From NCBI GenBank assembly GCA_963843065.1, contig CAWJKX010000223.1:4780-68779 (forward strand): a DNA stretch of 64,000 nucleotides. Direction: 5' to 3'. The notes beneath the pieces were generated by a model, which had not been told where the DNA came from, did not search any database, and saw nothing but the letters and a program-made list of their open reading frames with translations. Below, one piece after another: positions 61,147 through 64,000 of this stretch; position 1 is the first letter of the stretch; every line of letters begins with the position of its first letter. This DNA is from an uncultured Bacteroidota bacterium. Its GTDB lineage: Bacteria; Bacteroidota; Ignavibacteria; UBA10030; UBA8401. The translations under genes were made by a program, and so were the position numbers.

Positions 61147-61485
61147 ATGGACACTATGACAACAACACAACCAGTCGCCGCTCCCGCAGGAGCATCAGCG
61201 CTGGACATACCAGGATCGGGTCAACAAAACGCAGCTCCTAGCCTACGGAAGAGTCCTCTTTCGCAGGAGGAATTGGCATCAGCGGTACAAGAGCTCAACG
61301 CGGCAATGCAGGTCGTCAACACAAGTCTCTCGTTCTCGATCGACAGCATTACAAAGCAAACGGTCGTTACCGTGACCGATGCGCAGACGCATGAGGTCAT
61401 CCGTCAAATTCCTCCGGAAGATATGCTGAAAGTTTCGGACCGCATCGCTGAATTATTAGGAGTTATGTTTGACCATGCAGGATAA
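61147..61485 (+). CDS. flaG: FlaG-family flagellar protein
   Basis: 112 aa with LSFSIDSITKQTVVTVTDAQTHEVIRQIPPEDMLKVSDRI, the FlaG signature. Confidence 0.8.
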   Translation: MDTMTTTQPVAAPAGASALDIPGSGQQNAAPSLRKSPLSQEELASAVQELNAAMQVVNTSLSFSIDSITKQTVVTVTDAQTHEVIRQIPPEDMLKVSDRIAELLGVMFDHAG

Positions 61486-61879
61486 CGCAGAACGAATCGA
61501 TCGGCCGGCAACATCGGACGCTGCGCCCGTGATTTCCTCGATCAGGCGCGATGAGGAACTGTACCTGCTCTTTCAGTCGCTCTTTGAAGTAACGAGTACG
61601 GCAGGCGTACATGCATCGGCCGGAGACTTTGCCGGTATTCGGGAACATCTCCAACGACGCGGGCGCATCCTCGATCGAGTTCATGAGTTGATGCCGGACA
61701 AAGGACACAATGTTCTTTCGATTAATAAGGAGTTGAAAAGTCAGTTACGAGCAATGTTGCAATCGACGCAGGAAGAAAATCTTCGTATATTGCAATTAAT
61801 ACATGAAAGGAAAAGGAACGTGCTAAGCAAAATCGTAGAAGTTCAAAACATGCGGCACGTTTTCGCTTATCTACGTTAG
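61469..61879 (+). CDS. Hypothetical protein (136 aa, helical); possible flagellar chaperone
   Basis: Overlaps the flaG end by 17 nt and sits between flaG and flgM. No family recognised. Confidence 0.45.
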   Translation: MTMQDNAERIDRPATSDAAPVISSIRRDEELYLLFQSLFEVTSTAGVHASAGDFAGIREHLQRRGRILDRVHELMPDKGHNVLSINKELKSQLRAMLQSTQEENLRILQLIHERKRNVLSKIVEVQNMRHVFAYLR

Positions 61880-61888
61880 GAGGAAGCT

Positions 61889-62155
61889 ATGGGTATCAGT
61901 GAAGTCGCCGGCAGCGGCGCTCCTGTTCAACCTTCAATTTCCAAAAAGGTCAAGGACGAACAAGAAGCCAAAGCAACGTCAAAGGATAAGGTTAATGTTT
62001 CCAATGAGGCGCGATCGCTTTACGAATCTGATAAGACAAACAAGCTGAATGAGATTGGCAAAAAGATCGACGAAGGCTTCTACTCGCAGCGCGACGTCAT
62101 TGAGAAAGTCGCCGATGCGATGCTGAAAGATCTCAAGAAACAAGTCTCTCAATAA
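61889..62155 (+). CDS. flgM: Anti-sigma-28 factor FlgM
   Basis: 88 aa with DKVNVSNEARSLYES...KLNEIGKKIDEGFYSQRDVIEKVADAMLKDL, which matches the FlgM C-terminal pattern. Confidence 0.7.
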   Translation: MGISEVAGSGAPVQPSISKKVKDEQEAKATSKDKVNVSNEARSLYESDKTNKLNEIGKKIDEGFYSQRDVIEKVADAMLKDLKKQVSQ

Positions 62156-62159
62156 ACTT

Positions 62160-62468
62160 ATGGGAAGCAAATCCGTGCCAGGAGTCGAAGCACTGCTCAC
62201 GAAGGCGCTTGAGCTGTGCACATATATCAACACGATCAGCGCGTCGTTTGACAAAGAAGCGAAGGAGAAACCAAGGCTCATCCTGTCGTTTGACCTTTAT
62301 TGCCTTCTTCTTGAATATACCGTCTATTTGAAAGGGCTCAGCGATACGAACCCGAGTACGGTTGAAGAATTAATTTTCTGCGACGATCTGCTGTTTGAAA
62401 CCCCGAATCGCCAGCTTGAAGTTCGCGTCGATTTTTTTCTCCCACCGAATACTGTTACCGTTCGCTGA
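62160..62468 (+). CDS. Hypothetical protein (102 aa)
   Basis: Begins 4 nt after the flgM stop codon (intervening CTT at 62157-62159 after the TAA). No family recognised. Confidence 0.4.
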   Translation: MGSKSVPGVEALLTKALELCTYINTISASFDKEAKEKPRLILSFDLYCLLLEYTVYLKGLSDTNPSTVEELIFCDDLLFETPNRQLEVRVDFFLPPNTVTVR

Positions 62469-62619
62469 TACGGTGTCATTAGCATCTTCCGTCTGTTGGT
62501 CCCGAATGAAATACCGCTCGCGGTTTTTGAAATAACCTCTAAGAACAAAACTTAGTCGCTGCCGCTTTTCTGGTATGTCTCACTCTGAATATCAATTCCG
62601 AAATGAGCGTCATCCGCGC

Positions 62620-62725
62620 CTAGCCGGGCATCCATATAAAAAAAATGGATGCCCGACGAATCGTCTACGACCCCACGGGTCGATAGACCCGTGGGGAGTC
62701 GTTGACCGGCTGTCGCCGGAATGAC
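62620..62725 (-). repeat. Hairpin-chain repeat (three to four consecutive hairpins)
   Basis: GGGCATCCAT-loop-ATGGATGCCC (62626-62654), CCCCACGGGTC-gata-GACCCGTGGGG (62671-62696) and CCGGCTGTCGCCGGAATGAC (62706-62725). The last is related to 22441-22465 on the opposite strand. Confidence 0.7.
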
Positions 62726-62833
62726 ATGCAAGTGAAATTGAGACACCGGCGCCCTTCGTCTCTTCTTTCCATTGTAGATGGTGTTTTGTATATTACGTTT
62801 GCGAGTCATTACCATCATTGTGCCGGAAGTGAG

Positions 62834-64000
62834 ATGATTGGATCAAAGCACCATCCTGTAATTCGTACTTCTGAATTCAACGTCATGAAACAAGACCAAG
62901 GACATCCTCAGGTCATCACCGACGCAGGGCAGAAAGTGCTTAGCGCGAACGATCGATTTCTTCTTATGAGTGGATTCACTCTTAAAGAGCTCGATGCCGT
63001 CTGCCTGCAGGATTTGCTCCACCCGGAGGACCGTGAGAGGTTCGCCGAGCACTTGCGTGTGCTTGCCGAGCACGGAACGTCAACTGTTACAGCCAGACTT
63101 CAAACAAAAGGGGAGTTTACGGTGCATGCGCGGTTCCAATCAGAGCTTGTTGGACCAGGAGAATTCCGCACGATAATGCTGGGTACAGCGGGCGAACGCT
63201 TCCCCGAGGTTGAGCTTCGGTACAGGAACAGATATACGCTGGCCTTATACGAGATCGGCCGGCAAATGACCTCGAGCTTCGATGTTGAAGAAGTATTGAA
63301 GCTCGTCGTCAAAAACATCGCATGGCTCCTTGAGTGCCACTTCGTTGCGGTCGCAACTCTCGATGCCAAAACCTCGTTGGTTACGTACCGCGAGATCATC
63401 GGCAATAAATCAGAATTCTTCACGTCCGGCAAGAACGAAAAGAACCGGGGAATTCCGGGGAGGGTAATCGCCTCGCAGCAGCCGTTCATTATCAGCAATT
63501 TTCCGAATAAGCCTCCCGTTGATCCGCTGGAATTTCCGGTGATAGATGCTGAAAACCTTGTCTCGGCGTTCGGAGTCCCGGTCACAAACAAAGGGAGATG
63601 GTTTGGAGCCCTTGTGGTTGGCTATCGCCGGTACCACGAGATCACTGAAGAAGAGGTTCAGCTTACTACGAATCTCGCCAATCAAACTGCTCTCGCACTC
63701 GAGAACGCGATGCTCTACCAGGAGAGCGTCAAGTATTCAAAAACAATGGCCACTCTCACATCGCGGCTAACACTTATTCAGGAAGAAGAACGGAGGAGGA
63801 TTACACGGGATTTGCACGACGGAATCGGCCAGGCGCTCACCGGTCTTCGTTTTAATCTCGATTTACTTGTCCGACAGGCTTCGATCACCGACCACGAAGC
63901 GGTCGAACGGGTAACGGTAATGAAGCAAGTTATCGACGAGACGTTGAATACGATTCGGCAGATTGCTTTCGATCTCCGCCCCCCGATTCTCGATGATCTC
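62834..64000 (+). CDS. PAS-GAF-HisKA_3 sensor histidine kinase (3'-truncated by window edge)
   Basis: Frame 2 is open from ATG 62834 (alternative start 62885) to the window end. The ORF has no stop inside the window, so it is absent from the ORF track. It has a PAS-like N-terminus, a GAF-like middle (…FGVPVTNKGRWFGALVVGY…) and the NarX/DegS-type phosphoacceptor box LIQEEERRRITRDLHDGIGQALTG. Confidence 0.8.
   Translation, partial: MIGSKHHPVIRTSEFNVMKQDQGHPQVITDAGQKVLSANDRFLLMSGFTLKELDAVCLQDLLHPEDRERFAEHLRVLAEHGTSTVTARLQTKGEFTVHARFQSELVGPGEFRTIMLGTAGERFPEVELRYRNRYTLALYEIGRQMTSSFDVEEVLKLVVKNIAWLLECHFVAVATLDAKTSLVTYREIIGNKSEFFTSGKNEKNRGIPGRVIASQQPFIISNFPNKPPVDPLEFPVIDAENLVSAFGVPVTNKGRWFGALVVGYRRYHEITEEEVQLTTNLANQTALALENAMLYQESVKYSKTMATLTSRLTLIQEEERRRITRDLHDGIGQALTGLRFNLDLLVRQASITDHEAVERVTVMKQVIDETLNTIRQIAFDLRPPILDDL

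Noticed and set aside
62552-62818. 88-aa minus-strand ORF
   Set aside because: It is a translation of the hairpin-chain repeat (…VIPATAGQRLPTGLSTRGVVDDSSGIHFFYMDARLGADD…) and is not a gene.
1-64000. Mobile elements, prophage, defence islands, toxin-antitoxin pairs, rRNA or tRNA genes
   Set aside because: I scanned all ORFs of 60 aa or more and all spacers. No integrase, transposase, recombinase, Cas, restriction-modification, abortive-infection-type or phage structural signatures were seen, and no cloverleaf-like tRNA sequences.

Overview
This is a gene-dense chromosomal segment of roughly 50% GC by eye. All calls come from reading the translations and the DNA directly. No database search was run.

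Lineage guess (low confidence): FCB superphylum, Ignavibacteria-like. T9SS-type C-terminal sorting domains and a PorV/PorQ-like barrel sit in the same window as a flagellar late-gene locus.

Gene content in order:
- 2-oxoacid:ferredoxin oxidoreductase alpha/beta/gamma, plus a small Cys-containing ORF
- A nucleobase permease and a NupC nucleoside permease, both frame-broken
- A 12-kb lipoate-centred cluster: lpd, lipB, fused E1 alpha-beta, E1 alpha, E1 beta, E2, lipA, pdhA, pdhB, pdhC
- rplM-rpsI and rpsB-tsf-pyrH-frr
- A PspC/LiaF-like membrane pair, polA and an EamA transporter
- A LysM murein transglycosylase
- A 12-kb cell-surface locus: two secreted proteins with C-terminal sorting-type domains, then a tight four-gene operon of lipoprotein, CarboxypepD_reg/Plug/beta-barrel receptor, PorV-like barrel and NHL lipoprotein
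- Flavin reductase, acyl-CoA ligase, two PAP2 phosphatases, a PDZ-only protein and pfkA
- A sugar ABC transporter plus a GH38 alpha-mannosidase
- fliC-fliS-fliD-flaG-orf-flgM-orf
- A 3'-truncated PAS-GAF-HisKA_3 sensor kinase

I found no rRNA, tRNA, CRISPR array, transposase or integrase, and no recognisable defence or toxin-antitoxin genes.

Two window-wide properties stand out:
1. At least 16 reading-frame breaks occur in 12 otherwise well-conserved genes. Indel errors in the assembly are the most likely cause.
2. Intergenic DNA is populated by several families of structured palindromic repeats built from phased short words, including one element of about 115-140 bp present three times.

The best candidate for undescribed biology is the outer-membrane four-gene operon at 35861-42869 with its adjacent cargo-like genes. 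Novelty cannot be shown from the sequence alone, and most of the window is ordinary core genome.
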